DNA of 64,000 nt, taken from assembly GCA_028534125.1 (NCBI GenBank), contig CM052817.1, forward strand, positions 19,594,001 through 19,658,000. Reading direction: 5' to 3'. Under the pieces are notes generated by a model. That model did not search any database and was not told the origin of the DNA. It saw nothing but the letters and a program-made list of their open reading frames with translations. This document shows positions 49,801 through 64,000 of the stretch, one piece after another. The stretch comes from Lama glama. Taxonomy: Eukaryota. Positions within the stretch are counted from its first letter, which is position 1; each line of letters begins with the position of its first letter. Both the position numbers and the translations under genes were made by a program.

Positions 49801-50999
49801 TGTCCCCACCCATGGATAGGAATATGCAGCCAGTCATGATGATAGAAATCATTAGAGTTCTCTAAAATATGCCTACAAGAAGATTTAGGGCAAATTTCCT
49901 CTAGAGGTCTTTGAAAGTATCCAAACATTTCATAGAATTTCTTAAAAGATTAAGGATTAACTAAATTCTTAATGACACCCTCTTGACTTAAAGTTCTCAT
50001 ATTAAACAGAGAAATCAGCCACCTTTTCCCCATATTATCAATTTTTGTAGATTATTTTGAAGGATAAATGAGTTATCTGAACTGAAAATTTAGCTAAGTG
50101 CAACAGATTTGTGATGCATCAGACTTAGTCATCCATCCTCCCTCATTTTGTAGTTTATAAACAGACTTCCCTAGTCTATAACCTTTGTTTCCCATCTACT
50201 TATAGCCTATACACTGTGACTCTACAAATACTGCTAAGAAAGCTCAATATTCCAAAGTGTGATCGTTACACACTGCCCCCACACAAACAAACCATCCATG
50301 AGTTGTGCTTGAGTCAACACGACACTCTTTCTACGATATTGCAACTGACAGTTTACAGCTTACAAGACACAATTGCTATTTCTATATTCATAATAAAGAC
50401 CCAACTTTGAATAAGCAAGTGTAGGAGTACAGTGGCCATAGGAAAAGTAAAAAGAACAAAATTGTAGATCAGTCTGGTCCTTCTTTCTGCCTGCACATTG
50501 AGTTCAGTGTAAACACCTTGCTCCCAGGAAAATTCATAGCCCACAAGATGATCATGCCATAAATTTGTCCTTGGCAATGGTATTTTACCAAAGAAAATCT
50601 CTTGACTTCCAATGGCCTTAGAGGCATAGACTTGGATTTAATTTTCATTTCCATCACATTACTAATTATGCAACCTAATTTAATTTATTAATGAATCTAT
50701 TCCTGTTTTCTCATCTATGCAGATAATATGTTTTTCTCCATCAACAGTTGTCATGGAGATCAAATAAAGAAGATAGTTGGCATAAAAGATGTTGCAAAAT
50801 GAGGGGCAGAGAAAATACTGACAAAACCCACTAAGAAAAGAAAGTCTTTGCATATTTACTTGTTCTTTAATACATATTTTTGAGAGACGTAACTAGGTCT
50901 GGCTTTTTTCCTGCATAAACAATGACTGATAAATGATAGAATTCAGTAAATTTTTATTAGCTGAGTGCTACTCTCCTTTTTGAACTCAGCTTCTACCAT

Positions 51000-51365
51000 A
51001 ATTCCTTCCTTTCTTATTGCAACCAAGCTACACTAGTTTTTCTGCTGTTCTTAAAACACATCAAACTCATCCCCATCTCAGGACCTTTACATGCTTTATT
51101 CCATGAGCCTGAATTGTGCTCCCCTGATATATTCAAGAGGATTGTTCTCCTTATCATTCAATTTGCTGCTTAAATATCATGTTCTCAAGAAGGCCAAGCC
51201 CTAGCCCCAATATCTAAAGCAACACACCACACCAACACTCTGCCTTCTGCACAGTGCATGTAGCCATCTAGCACTTCAATAGTATTTTTCTGTATCCCCC
51301 ATGAAAAGAGAAACTCATTGAGCACAAGGATTTGGTCTATATTTTTGTCTTATATTTCTATCTCT
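51000..51365 (+). mobile_element. L2 3' region
   Basis: ctgctgttcttaaaacacatcaaactcatccccatctcaggacctttacatgc...ctgcttaaatatcatgttctcaagaaggcc. Confidence 0.75.
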
Positions 51366-51384
51366 GACTGCATTTGCTGATTTA

Positions 51385-51830
51385 TATTCGTGGCCAAAAA
51401 ACATATGAAAAATTGTTCAGTGCTATTCATGATCTGAGAAATAAACACCAAGATCATAATGCATATCCTACACAAAATTGGTTAAAAAAATAAAAACTGT
51501 GGTAATATCAAGTATTGGAGAGACTGTCAAACACAGGCTCTCCTATATTGATGACCGAGTGGAAGTGTTTGCAAACATTTTGAATAACACTTTGACAGCA
51601 TCCCCTAAAATTAAACTTCACATAAAACGGGACACAGAAATTATATTCCAATTCATGCATATAAAAGAGGGGACATGGGCAAGAATGTGCTCGGAAAAAG
51701 CAGGAAATAACCCAATTTTCCATCAGTGTGAGAGAGAATAAATAAACAGTGGTCTATTCACACACGTAAAAAGTGACACAGAACTCTAAGTGAATGGTAT
51801 ATGGGTCAGAATTATCAACATGATTAAGCC
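51385..51830 (+). mobile_element. Old L1 ORF2 C-terminal and 3' UTR fragment (L1ME-like)
   Basis: tggccaaaaaacatatgaaaaattgttcag, atcaagtattggagagactgt and ggaaataacccaattttccatcagt. Confidence 0.7.
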
Positions 51831-51844
51831 ATATAAACCATTAC

Positions 51845-52565
51845 TCTCACTCTTTTGCTAATATCCTGAATTCAATAAATAATCAGTATCAGTCCATTAG
51901 GCCTCCTCCATATCTCATGAATCCTTACACTGGTCTTTACTTTGAATGTCCTCACTGTTATTCATTGCATCAAAATATTTTGCATAAATTAATGGAAAAA
52001 ATCCTCTTAGATTTCCTCTTAAATCACTCCCCATCTTCTCTGCCATGAAGTCCAAATTTGATCGTTCGCATTTTGTGCTTTGTGTACCTGTCTAGCTATT
52101 TGTCCCTTCCCAGTCTGTAATCTAGGCTTACTAAAAAAATTTACTTACATGATTTTTGCCATTCCAGAATATTTTTACTTTTTCACCATTAGAATTGCTG
52201 CTTCTTCTACTTCAAATACACCATCAATAGTTCATCATCTCTGGAAAATATGTCTTCCATAAATTTAAGATCTCAACTTAGCATTTTAGCTTGGACATCA
52301 CTTTAGCTCTGAGCTCTTCCTTATCCTGCTAAAGAACAGATTCTTGTCCTTCCTATTTGTATCAAACTGCCCTTTCTCCATGAGATCACATCACATATAT
52401 TACCCCTTTACTTGGTCATATTCTTCACTAAATAAAGCCTTAATGAAGCTTAATCTATAAGATTAATTACAGAAAATGACTCTTATTTGTGGTCATATTC
52501 CCGATTTTTGGCATGGTGCCTTGTACACAGTCATCCCTCTGTGTATTTGTTAAATTAATGAACAA
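51845..52565 (+). mobile_element. Decayed L2 3' region
   Basis: Pyrimidine-rich body ending ggcatggtgccttgtacacagt...tatttgttaaattaatgaac. Confidence 0.55.
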
Positions 52566-55500
52566 AGGAAAAGAGAATTTTGAATCGCAATGTGCAAATT
52601 TTTGTATTTGCATGTGGGTAAAGCAAAATATCTTGTGAACTCAAGTGCCTAAACGTGTTGAATGAATATATTAACCTCTCCTTGCCTGGAGTGCTCAGAT
52701 TACTTCTATTTCTGTTGATACATATTACATATTTTTAGTTCTTTAAATATCCTGATATAAGTTTTGGGGTAATTTTTACATTTTTAATAATGGCTGGAAA
52801 ATTGGGAAAGTAGGAAAAGCCTCTGGGTAATGCTCCATAAAACTAAGTGATAGTTGATCAAATGTTTATATGCAGCTGTTTTATAAATAAATGAAAAAGT
52901 ACTTTGCAAATAGTAAAATACCATGTAAAATTAAGATGTATTTACTCAAAGTGTACCAAGTACTAAATATATCTACTTTATTTCTCATTGTAAAACTAAC
53001 AATTTAATTGTGTATACAAAAATTAGAACCACACAGCAAATATGTGATATATAGGAAGTATGGGCTAGAAAAATATTTACATGGGGAAAATCTCAGTATT
53101 GTCTAGAGAATAAAGACTTGAGAAGGACTGAACATTTTGTGAGCTTTAAACTGTAACCTGAGCAAAGTGTGGTTTTGGATACACCAACATAGGAAGGGCT
53201 AAGGGCAATTCAAGTGGCAGGGGAGCATTTTATTAAGCAACTGCAAAAAGAAAGATTTAGAATATCCTGTGTCACAATTAAGCTGTCAAGTCTCTGAATG
53301 GAGATGGTTGACAAAAATACTAGCAACCTCCTTTTTGATTTAGTACTGGATAAAGGGCAACCTGAATAGAGCTTGGGAATTACAGTTTGCTTTGGCTCCC
53401 TGCACACCCTGGAACTCAGCCGCTGCTTCAGGGCACAATTCAATTAATACTTTCCAAGGACCTAATTCAGTAATACAATGAATGGGAGTCAATCTTTGTC
53501 ATTGTGCATGTGGCTCGTAAATTATCTAGAATTTAAAAAACTTTACTGACATATATTAAAATGTAGAGATGGATATATGAGTTATTTTCTCCCAATGGCA
53601 GCAAAGGCTCAGTGGTCCATAACAATAGGGAGGTTTTCTGTGTTGTTTCACTGCTGAATCTCTAGGGTTGGCATATAGCAAGCAATCGGTAAGTTTATGC
53701 TGAGTAAATGTAAGAATATACACTTAATTTATAATTTCATTTACATATTATGAATCAATTAAAAGAAGGGATAATCTGGGTTTCAGAATAAGTAATTTTA
53801 TATAGGAACTCTTTTCGATAGTTTGATGATTGCTCATTTATTGTATGTTAAGACTTCAGTAATATGGTGGAAAAGTAGGAAGAATTCATAAATATCTGGG
53901 GATGAGGAGGGAGGAGAGGAAAAATGAGCAATTCATAGAAGCTATTTCTTAAGAAGTATCTGACTGTCCATTGGATAATCCAGGGCTCACAGAAAACACA
54001 CAATTGGGTAAAACAATAGACTAAAGGAATTCAACCTAGATTCAGTACATGGTAACCAATGGGTACACGTGGCAAGAAACATATAGTAACATTGAGAAAG
54101 AGAGGGTCATTCTAATATATATATACACAGCAACATCCTAGACAATGATTGTTGCCGTTCAGCAAAGTTCAGTCCCTCTGGATCAGGAAGAGGGAAGCAG
54201 GACCAATGTTTATAGTGGACTATAGACCTCATATTTAACCAGAGTCACAAGCAGCAAATCAGAGGTAGAACAGACCTGTAGCAGGATGTACGCCAGGAAC
54301 ACAGGGTTTCAGATCACAAAGGTAACTTAAGTGACTAGATCTTAGATGTGAGGCTGAAAGTTCTAAAACATATTCTACATGAGCTAATCAAAATTAATTC
54401 AGATTCTGCAAATTTTTCAGCTGAAAGAGCTAAGGAGAGCAGCTATTCACTTTTTCTTTGTTAAATTGAAAATAAAGTGCTCTCCAGGAGAATGGAGCCC
54501 CTGCTAAGCTGTAATGTCTTTGGGATTTACACTAGATGGTATATAGAGATTTACGCATATAGGTGAAGTTCTACTCAGTAAATGGGAGAGCTACGCTAGC
54601 CACAGTAATTTTTCTAATACTGAAATACCTATATTAATTAACTAATTAATTACTTTTCATTCATTTATTGTAAATTTTATATGATCAATTATTAAAAAGA
54701 TAAATCTTAATTTTATAGATATATGTCTATTTCCTTTAAAAAAAAAACGATGTGTATGTACTTTTCATACAGTGATTAGCCCAAGATATTTTCCTAAGCT
54801 ATGGACCTACATTACAAAAAGTATTAGCAGAGAACTTCGAAAACAATTAGATCAAAGTTAGAATTAATTTAAAAAAACAGACAGACTTGACAACATAAAA
54901 GTAAAAATTCTTTTGTTGTAAATTCGTCTAAAACAGGGCATTGCAAGTAAATGGGAGAAATTTAAAAAATGAAATAAAAGCAAGAAATGGAGGGATAGGT
55001 GGGATGGTTTTAGATGCATAATATAAATTAGAATCCAGGATCTGAGAAGTCTAACCAGGTTGAGTCTAGGATCTCAGGGAAGGTGAGCTAAGTAAGTGGA
55101 ATTAGATTAGTTCTACAACAGACCGAAAAGAATAGTTCTATAGCAAGACACAAAGAGAAACACAGTATCACAATCCAGTGAGATGTCCATCCCAAAGACC
55201 AGAGGGCAGAGACGTTGAGACTGAAAAAAAATACTGAAGAATGACACTCTTGAGTAAATATATGCCCAGTTATAGCCAAAGTCTGTCAGTTGACTTTAGG
55301 TAGAGGCATCATATTCCTTGATATGGAAAGACAAAAGTGGTAGGATTACTCTTTATTGCCGGAAAACTATACACAGTGCTCACATCTAGTGAATACAGCA
55401 TAGGCAGATGGGCAGGTCTTTTAAAAAACTGCGACATGACCAGGGAGAGATAATCCCACAGGAAGGAAACTCTCCCAGGTTTAGTCTAGGGCTGCATCTC

Positions 55501-56389
55501 CATATTGCATTAGCTCTGAACATATGCAAATAAGTGCTTTGCGAGTGAGATGGGAGGTGTTGAGGCAGGTGGTGATATGAGGGTGGGAACATTTCATCTG
55601 TTTGATGTGTTTGAGAACGCTGAGTCAAGGAAAACTAAAACATGTCTTAGTTACTAGAGCTTACAAAGGCCCTCATATCTTCATGCACATCATCAATCTC
55701 CAGGAGTGAAGTAGCCTACGTAGTAGGCCCTGCTAAACTTAATTGACCACAGGCTTAGTGTTTTTCATAGACCATCTTGCAGAACTGTCAAGTATGCAAT
55801 GCATTCTGGAGATTGTTGGGTTGGGAAATTAACAAAATTATTTTCGTAGTTTGGAAAGTATGACTTGAAGTAAGATAACTGTCAAGATGTATGAACACAG
55901 GAACAGAAAAACAGGCAAACGTCAGCAAAGCAGGTTGGTTCAGAATCAGTTAATTTACATCAATTCAATCATTTATTAAATTCTTATTTTGTAGTCTAAC
56001 ACTGTGCTAGGCATTACAATGAGAACAATAAGACATTGCCTCTCCTCTCAAACGTTTTAATTAACTACAAAATTAAGAATTGATGTTTTCATTAGTTTTC
56101 GATTAGTATTCATTGTTATTCTATTTGGTTTTAATGTTCACAATAATTCCACAAGGTAAGGATTATTATTCTTATTTTATATTTGAAGATTCTATCATTA
56201 AATAACATATCTGAGGCCATATATCCAATACATGTTACTGGTTGTTAAAATGATAATTAATAATGTAAAGTAATATATATCTACTTGCTAACCTGTGTGT
56301 AAAGAAAAAACAGTAGAAGCAGGTTAGTAATGAGAGGAAAACAAAATATCATTCCCTGAGTTATTTATGTTTTCTGATCATTTTAGACA

Positions 56390-56600
56390 GATGTTAACTC
56401 ATTTAAACTTCAATCTTTTAGAAACACTCTAAATGTATACTATCAGCCGTATTTTACATGGCAGAAAGTGGAAGCTGGAAATCCTTACTAATAAAAGTTT
56501 GCTGATGGTAATAAAACACATAGTTAGTAGGGCTGTGTTTATGCCCAGAACCACAGATCCACTGAGTCCAAATCTTTTGTTGTTTCCACTGCACTATTGT
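56390..56600 (-). mobile_element. MIR
   Basis: ttaactcatttaa...attttacatggcagaaagtggaagct...cacatagttagtagggctg...gagtccaaatc. Confidence 0.5.
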
Positions 56601-56999
56601 TTCCTGAATATGACAAAGCCGGTAAGGGTGGTATGAATTTGAGCAGGAAGACTGAAGAGGAAAGAGCCCCAATCCTTGTAAGAAAATGGGAGATAAAATT
56701 GATCTGAGACATTGAAATCTGAGGTTTGTAGCAATGTCTGTCTCTCCATCTGTTCATTTTTGGATCTTGACTGGAAGAAGAAAGGGCTCAGTGTCTTCAA
56801 GTCATTGCTATTTCTCTACTCCTCCTCCCATGCTTCCAACTTTATGGCAAGATTTTGTTAAAAAAAATCACTGAACATCTACCCATTAAAATGTGCACAG
56901 GTAAAGAAGTGTGCACTCCATACTGATGACAGCCATCGCACATCATATTTTCTATTCCAGCACTAACTCTAAACTCATACAAAATAATTGTGTATGAAT

Positions 57000-57845
57000 C
57001 ATGATAGATTAACTTTTGTAACAACAACAATAAAATAAGTGGAATTAAATAGTAGTAAAAGTTTATTTTTTAACTCATGAAGAGTTTAACACAGAGGCTC
57101 CTGGATGCATGGCTGTCCTTCAAGCAGTGACCCAAACTCAGGCTTCTTTCGCTCATTGGCTCTACTATACCCTTGGAATTTTACCATTCTCCAGTGGATA
57201 TTTGACATTTGGCCACTACCACATCAGCCAGGAAGTAGTCACATGATTCCAAGGGTGACTGGGAAAGGTAGATTAGCTCTGTGCTTAAGAATAAAAGGAG
57301 AATCATCTGGTGAGCAATTAGCCAGAGTCTGCCACATCCCACCTTTCCTGACATAAAATGTCTGCTTCCCACGTCTTGCACAAATATAGCAGACATCTTT
57401 TACCCAAGAGATGTGTCAATCAGGGCTGATCAGGAAATTGAAATCTCCCCAGAATTTATAAAAGAAGAAATGACTTCATACAGGGAAACATATGTTTAAA
57501 ACAATTAAAAAGCTGAAGCACAAATGTCAGGGATAATTGCTGCTGACTTTGGCAAACGCAGAAAGTTTCTGATTTGAAGTAGCCACTATCATGATTGCAT
57601 TTGATCATAGCACCAGTAGTCTCTATATGCCAACTCAAAAGCTGCTCAAAATTCATGTGTGCTCTCTTCCTACACAGCTTTCTTTCTCATGAGAGTGTCT
57701 TATCACTTGTGGAATCTAAACCAGATCTCTCTGGCAAGGAAAGCTGAGAAATATAATTTGCAAGAGCATTGCCTCTATTGCACAGAGACAAAGTAAGAAA
57801 AGCATAGAAGTTTGCAAGGTATCAACAGACAGTAGTTGGCACAGG
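57000..57845 (-). mobile_element. Old MaLR/class III LTR fragments
   Basis: taaatagtagtaaaagtttatttttt...cagtgacccaaactcaggcttcttt...tagtcacatg...gactgggaaaggtag, and later ctggcaaggaaagctgagaaatataattt. Confidence 0.5.
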
Positions 57846-58454
57846 AAAAAAAAAATTAAGAAGGATCTCGTTGAGTGATTGTAGCCATTTCTAAGTGTAA
57901 GGTTTTATGGGGATTATTCACACATTGCTCTTTGTGGTTTGGCATGATATAGACTAAAAAGACAAATTATTTTTGTTCTTCCACCCACTCCTTAACAAGG
58001 AACTCAATATGTCATGACTTCAAACTCTAGTTTGAAAAAAAGAAAGAAAGGGGAACACAGAGGCGAATACTAATCCACAGTGATACTGGAATCCTGCTGG
58101 GCGTGGGGATGACAGCCTTTTCGATGAAACGCTGATGCTACTCTCTGCTAGGCACTCTGTTCCTTGCTCTTCATGACCTCTGGCTTTACCCTTATGTATT
58201 ACGCTGTTTGGCTGCATCAGTAGCAAGCCCCGTAAAGTAGATTTTCTGATGGTATTGCACTGCATTGACAGAGAACTTACTGCTGGAGCAAATTCATGGC
58301 CCCTGTAATTGCCTTTCAAGTAAACAAGTGCTTTTTAGCCATGGCCTTGGTTCTTTAGACCACAATTAACAAAAAGCTTAGTATGTGTTGGAATTAATTG
58401 TTCCTAATCAGTTCAATGTGTCAATCATCAGACTTGCAGTGTTTTTCTTTTTCC

Positions 58455-59355
58455 CTCTAGACTTAATGTTCAAGACTGATTTATTGTTTATCATCATGGC
58501 ACCCATCTTCCACTACCTAAAGGAGTTGTCTTGAAGTTATTGGATCTATCTGGAGGCTATCTGGATGTTATCTAAGATAGGTCTGAATGGGCACATCCTT
58601 AATCTGATCTTTGATCCAGGGCTGAATCTTAATAAGTTCTTTGCCACTCAGAACCATCCTCAGTCTTATCTCTTGCTGCTTGAGTCTAAAAGCAATCAGT
58701 GTTTCTAGCCCCGCAAGGCCCCATGTTTCTAGTCATTTGCTACTCACTTTCATGTATGTTTTTCAACTGGCCAGTTCCTATATGAACGCATCTCTATCTA
58801 ATTGTACTGTGTGATACATACCCATAGAGCCAACACCCAGTGTAAACTTCTGCTTTCTATCCTTTGCCCCGAGAGCGTCAATGGACACGTGGTCTGACAT
58901 CCACATCATTGTGGGTGATTTTAACTATGCGATTTAGTACATGTTTTTGTTCAGTTGTAGGTCACATTGGTAGCCTACTTCTGTATTAGTCAAAATATAT
59001 TAAATAAGACAGCAAACAATCCCACATTGTCCATGGTTTTAGCACAATACTGTCTTTACTTCCAGTCCAGCATATACTGGCAGTCCTCCAAGACAGCAGT
59101 TTTGTAGTCAATGATTCAGAGACTTCAGAGGTTGGATGTGATGGGAACTCTCCTTTGGCCTTAAGGTCTTCCCCTGGGTTTTCTGCAGAGCAGAGGCGGG
59201 ATAAGAACAGATCGTTGTGCTAGAAATCTGCACGTGTAGCGTGTGGCAGAACAAAGCTCCTCGATCTCTCCTGTCGGGGAGGATGGGGTAGGTAGTTTAT
59301 TCATGTCCAGAGAAGAAAAATAGATATTTGTGTGAAAAATTAACTGGTTTCTATA
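58455..59355 (-). mobile_element. MaLR internal fragment plus MLT1 LTR (LTR about 58981-59355)
   Basis: cttaatctgatctttgatccagggctgaatctt internal-type sequence, then ctgtattagtca...caaacaatcccacatt...ggttttagcacaa and tcatgtccagagaagaaa. Confidence 0.5.
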
Positions 59356-60499
59356 ACAAGATGTATCTTTTAAAGGCTCAGAATAAAGTAAAGTTTATTA
59401 TACACAAAGAATAGGTATAAAAAAATGAGGCCATATTTTACAAAGAAACACATATGTAAGTGGTTGTTATTTATAAAAAAAAATACCACCATGGGAAAAT
59501 GTACAATCCTTTTACTACTACTAAAATTATGTAATCAATTTCAGATTTCCTTTTTAATTTTTAACTTTTGGGTAACTTGTAAAACCACATAAGGGAATCA
59601 TTGATTACTTTATGATCATGATTTGAAACTGTCAAAATTTCCCTTTGCTGTAGTTTATACAGATAATGTTTACATAAATAGATTTTACCAATGGAATAAA
59701 CATCATCCAAATGAAAGCTGTATGGTAAAAAAGAAGCTTCCATTAATAAATCTGTATGTGTTTTTAGTGGGTTTCATTTTCAGTAAAAGCCTGCATGCAT
59801 TGAAAATAACTTTGTAAAAGAAGAAAGTTTAGAAATAAACTTTGATATAGTTATTAAGCTTTTACCATTGTCAGCCTATTCTTTGAAGAATTGAAAGTGC
59901 TTTGAAATGACAAGTTTCTCTTCTAGCTTAGCAGGGGGGCTGAGTCAGACTGATTTTTTCTTTTTCAGTGAAATGACAAGATATAGTTAGAAAATATTGT
60001 TTTAAATTTGGTAGCTAGACTAACTCCATATTCTGTATGAAAACTTATATTCAAATTTTCAAAAGAAAGGTTGGTTGATAGCCATATTTCTTTGTAGTAT
60101 TAAACAGAATATATGCAAGTGACTAAACTTTGTAATTCAAAGTAAAGCATCAGATCTTTAGATGATTTGGCCTTGTTATATCAGTTAGGAGTGACATTGA
60201 TTTAGAAGGCCACCATTAGTGTAAATAAAGCACAAACACACACATACACAAATATAAAAGAAACTACTCCCAAAATTACAATTTTCAGAGAAAAAGGATG
60301 ATTAAAAATGCCAGATTTACCAGAGTAAGGTATAGAATACAAGAATTTGAATCAAAATTCTGCAACATATTGTTTGATCTTATAAATGCCATGTAAGAAT
60401 TCTAAACCCTCGTTGAATAAACTTAACAATGGAAATATCTCTTTTGCCAAACATATTGTCATGAATTTTAGATCCACAAACATGGCAAGGGCTTATTTT

Positions 60500-61700
60500 A
60501 TATCAAGCACTTTTTAAAAATGAATAACATCTAGAGATAGATAAAGATTTTTACTTTTCAGAAATCACAGTCTTGCATGAGGGAGCAGAAGACAGCCAAT
60601 GATTATAATGGATCTTAGTGTGCTGTGATGACACTTAGAGAAGGACGGAGAAGGAAGGCCTAGGAGTAGCCTTGGTGGAAGTGGACACATGCTCCCAGAA
60701 GGGAATGCTGCTGCAGCTGCTTCTCAGTGAAAAAGCAGATGTGTCCAAAGAGGAGAAGAAAGAGGATATTTCAAGCACAAGAATAATGTGAACAAAGGCA
60801 TTAAAAAATGAAAGTTCTGAATACATTTAGAAGAGGACTAATATGTTCTATCTGATTCAGTGGCTTTGAAGAGAATTCGGGAGTTTGATTACATTAAGTC
60901 TTGATGATAAGTTTGGGAAGTTGATAAGTTTGTTTCTGAAAATCACTGGAGCTCAAGAAAGGATTGTAAGACAGACGTATGACAGACATACATTTATGAA
61001 GAAGCACTCAGCATAAGTGAGACAGTTGGAAAAGGGTGAGAATGAATTCAGAGAGACCAGTTTGGAAGCTACTGTATCCAGGTAAGGTGATGTATAAGCC
61101 TGGAACAGAGACTGGGATAAATACAGAAAAGAGACTGAAATGAAATAAATGTAAGATTATGATCCAAGCCTTAGACATGGGAAGAAAGGGATGCTCATAG
61201 TCCCTTCTTCTTACTTGAGCAGCTACACAAAGAAGGGGGCTATTTACCTATATGGAGAAATCAAGATGAAATTGCAAATTTTGAGAGAGTTTAGTGATTC
61301 ATGTGGAGGAACTATTCTTGAATATATTATTGTGAACTTCGAAATGCACCTGATAGGGATGTAGAGTCATGGCATGTGCATTTGGATGCTGTTAAATACA
61401 TGCACTGGGATTAGGTTGCCCAGGAAGCAACTCCAGAGATGGACAGAAGGGCTCCAGATATTATATTTTATAGGAAATGCCACTGTCATTTAAAGAGGGC
61501 AGCAGAAAAGAGATGACAAAGATTCAGCCAGGGAAGGAATGACAAGTAAGGTGGAAGAGAGGGATAAGGTGATCTTATGGAAGTCAAGAGAAAACTGTGG
61601 TTTAGATAGATTTTCAGGATTCCGTTCTGCTGGAAAATTATATAAGAGTTAAAATGTATTCACTGCACCTTAAAATAAAGAATGCATTGGAAGTCTTGCA
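60500..61700 (-). mobile_element. Decayed L2
   Basis: Purine-rich antisense L2 strings: atgtgaacaaaggcatt, agagagaccagtttggaagctactgtatccaggtaaggtgatg and tcttatggaagtcaagagaaaa. Confidence 0.7.
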
Positions 61701-62367
61701 TTTATATGATAATTTGCATGTGTACACATCAAAATGTGCTCATTTAATGAGAGGAGAAGTAAAAAAGCTTTCATCGCATTTTTACACATATAAAGAAAAG
61801 TGGACATTCAGGTACAATCATTTAATGTGAATTTACGAAATTAAATCAATCCATATTTTGTTAATAAGCCTACAATGGCCTTAATTCATTATGGATAATT
61901 TATAGACCCTGTATATCCTATATTTCAGAGAGAGAGAGAGAGAATAAATGAATGAATATCAAGCGCATTAATTTTCCACAAATCCTCCAGACATATATGG
62001 AACACAAATCTATTTGCATCACTCTCTTGTAAAGACATTGACATCAATGTGAGTTTTATTCAATCATCATTTAAGTTTAAAATAATCTACCTGCTAAGGG
62101 ACTTATTTATTTTTGCCTTGGGATAATCATAAAAGCATCAATCCATCAAGATTTCAATTTATGTGGGAAAATATATTCATTTCCATTACTACAATTTTAG
62201 CAATTCCCAAGTTATGATTAGAAGTTATAAATGGGCTATGTCCCCTCAATTAATTTGTGTTTTAGCTCATAATCCATTTTTTTCACAAAAAATGTGATAA
62301 AGGTTGTTTTAGTTCTCTAAACTAACTCACAAAAATGCCTATGAATGACACTGAGTAAATTCAAATA

Positions 62368-62590
62368 GTAGTTAACATTTATTGATTACTAACATGTTAA
62401 GTGTTCTATAAATATGAGTACTTTAATCTTAATAACAATTCTGTGGTGTATGTACTATTTTTTCCTATTTCGTTGATATATAACAAAAGAGAGAAGTAAT
62501 TAACTCGTCTAAAGATACATAGCTTCTGAGATGTTGACCTGCGACTAGAATCTTGGATCTTATTCTAAAGCATATATTTATGTCATTATA
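62368..62590 (-). mobile_element. MIR
   Basis: gtagttaacatttattgattact...tttaatcttaataacaattctgtggtgtatgtactatt...agaagtaattaactcgtctaaagatacatagc. Confidence 0.7.
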
Positions 62591-62591
62591 A

Positions 62592-62850
62592 AACTTTTAC
62601 TATAGATAAATTTCAAAATGTATCGAAGTAGAAATGAAAGTATAATTAATCCCCTATGCAGCCATCATTCAGCTTCAATGGTTCTTATCTCATGATCAAC
62701 GTTTCATCTGTATCACCACTTAACCTCCCCCTCCTCCACCTCCTCTGTATTATTTTGAAGCATTCCACACAGCATGTAGTTTCATCTTAAGATTTCCCTC
62801 TATCTCTAGAATATTTCATTTTAACATAGCTCTAGTAGTATTATTCCATG
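62592..62850 (-). mobile_element. Old L1 3' end (L1MC4/5-like)
   Basis: aaatttcaaaatgtat...gtataattaatcccctatgcagccatcattcagcttcaat...gtttcatctgtatc...attattttgaagca. Confidence 0.7.
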
Positions 62851-63354
62851 ACTCTACAAAAGAGTTTCACAAAGTGTATGTGCTCTGCCTAAAGTCATGA
62901 TAAAATACATGTCACGTGCGATACCTTGATTAATGAAGCTCAGAAAATTCTGGGTCAATAGAATTTAAATATATTTATTTTAAGACATCTTATCTTTACT
63001 AGCATTGTTAATATGTAGCTTTAGTAGGACTTCTAAACTAATAAGTAGGATACATAGTGTATAATATCCCCAGAAATCATTTATCCATTGAATTTTTTCC
63101 CTAACAGAAGAAATTTCTTTCTGCAAACTTGAAAGAATACACATCCATACACACCCATGTTGGGAGTTTGTGTGTGTTTATAGATGTATGTATGTGTACG
63201 TGTATAAACACACACATATTCATATATATATGTTTATAATCATATGTAGTAACTTACTCTTTATCATAACTTATCAGTAAATTCAGTGCATTTGAATAAG
63301 ACTTAAGATTTTTACCAGGAAGATAAAGATAAGTTTGCAAGGTAAAAAAAAAAT

Positions 63355-63381
63355 ATATATATATATATACACGTTTTTATA

Positions 63382-63415
<34 letters not shown>

Positions 63416-63436
63416 TTTTATACACACACACACACA
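63355..63436. repeat. Compound (TA)n/(CA)n microsatellite
   Basis: A run, then (ta)n and two (ca)n tracts, seen directly. Confidence 0.95.
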
Positions 63437-64000
63437 TGAAAAACAGAATGGAAAACAGAGCATCACACAATGGCTGCTAGCCTGTCATGGGAAAGAAATA
63501 ATTGCATATTATTTCTAATATGCAATTCATGTTATTTGTATATAGCCCACAGCCCATTGGATGGCCCAACATGACATTACAACTTTTAAGACATTTGAGG
63601 GCAATCTTCTGCATGATTCAAGTTTGTATTATCAACTGTGATTAGCACTGTGTCTTGGACATAGAGTCCTGGGAAAAATTATCAATTTGTGAATTTACTT
63701 ACTATTATATTAAAGAGTAGATTTTCAAGTGCTTTAGGGAAAAACATAATGTGAGCTTTGTCTTTATCGAACTTGATTCATGAAGAGACTGGGCGTATAA
63801 AACATTCTGTTGCTTAGCCAAATCTTCTGGAAGAGACTCCCTGAGAAATTACCTTTTCTCAGGTATATTAGTTCCTTTTTGTGCCTCAGGAGAGGCAATT
63901 TACCTTTCAAGTATGAAGAACTTGCTTTGAGAAAGTATTTCACTCATTCTGACTCCTTGGAAGATTGGGCCAGATTTAAAGAAATTACGTTTTATTTTTA

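Overview
AT-rich, CpG-depleted eutherian genomic DNA, intergenic or deep intronic. No protein-coding exon, rRNA, true tRNA or CRISPR array can be supported. The supplied ORFs are short and appear to be chance ORFs or transposon remnants. Two tRNA-Ala(AGC)-derived SINEs resembling the camelid Vic-1 family suggest a camel, alpaca or llama source. Much of the window is layered repeats: L2, MIR, MaLR/MLT1 LTRs, old and younger L1, ERV LTRs and a MER5 fragment. Family names come from recalled consensus motifs, not a RepeatMasker run, and boundaries are approximate unless stated. The most informative structures are (i) the 5' end of a class III (ERV-L-like) provirus with an LTR, a tRNA-Arg(ACG) primer-binding site and a decayed gag, and (ii) a 2.5 kb L1 insertion in an L2 with a twin-priming-type 5' inversion and a probable 3' transduction of a MER5 fragment. 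A few repeat-free blocks are candidate conserved non-coding elements. I found no convincing previously undescribed biological system.
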